Below, piece after piece: positions 63,775 to 64,000 of a stretch of 64,000 nt of DNA. Source of the DNA: Azolla caroliniana (Eukaryota; Plantae; Polypodiophyta); the NCBI GenBank assembly GCA_043228905.1, contig JBHGNT010000022.1:10540001-10604000 (forward strand), read 5' to 3'. The notes below the pieces were generated by a model, which worked only from the letters and a program-made list of their open reading frames with translations, was not told where the DNA came from and did no database searches. Every line of letters begins with the position of its first letter. Positions within the stretch are counted from its first letter, which is position 1. The position numbers were made by a program, and so were the translations under genes.

Positions 63775-64000
63775 GGATCTGGCAACGCGGGATATGCTAG
63801 GATGAAAAGGAAGCCCTTCTGCGTGAAGCTCATTGCGGTACGACCGGGGGACATTACGCGGGTGATGTTACGGCCCGAAAAATATGGCAAGAAGGGCTAT
63901 GGTGGTGAACTACGCAGAAAGACGCATATCAATACTATAGACAGTGTGATCTATGTCAACAGTTGGGGCAACCTACGAAGCTCGCACTGATGCCGCACCA

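Larger units (their letters stand above)
33531..64000 (+). mobile_element. Degenerate non-chromoviral Ty3/Gypsy (Arg-type PBS); own sequence at 33531-35098, 54487-56793 and 63775 to window end
   Basis: 5' LTR about 33531-33994, PBS TGGCACGCCGGGTGG. Gag, knuckle CFVCQQPGHYATHC, protease ISDGGSGVN, RT FGLKTAPATFQR..FLDD, integrase zinc finger EAHCG..GGH..CDLCQ. Frames are restored across both chromovirus insertions. Confidence 0.85.

Overview
This is eukaryotic plant DNA, most likely from a non-seed land plant such as a fern (inferred from the retroelement types and gene structure). About 80% of the window is nested retrotransposons. One intact host gene is present: a 14-exon malectin-like-domain/GDPC/LRR receptor-like kinase (minus strand, 26454..19720, about 950 aa, exon phases close). 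A decayed three-exon TIC40 fragment lies nearby. The left block (1-16072) is a minus-strand Copia carrying a LINE, a solo LTR and a pol-less gag/coiled-coil Gypsy derivative. The LINE is itself interrupted by a cargo-bearing LTR element and by a rearranged Copia. The right block (27678-64000) is a five-level nest: Tnt1/Tork-like Copia > Arg-primed Gypsy > chromovirus > Copia > Trp-primed Gypsy, plus a young, nearly intact chromovirus (56794-63774). Most junctions could be placed to the base using target-site duplications (TSDs) and restored host reading frames. The most unusual object is the 3.3-kb element at 531-3869. It has no pol and carries an open 578-aa acidic Cys/His repeat ORF. Its LTRs contain a tRNA-like Pol III A/B-box module and paired palindromes. 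It shares its tRNA-Trp primer site, polypurine tract and 4-bp TSD with the gag-pol Gypsy at 40973-48300.
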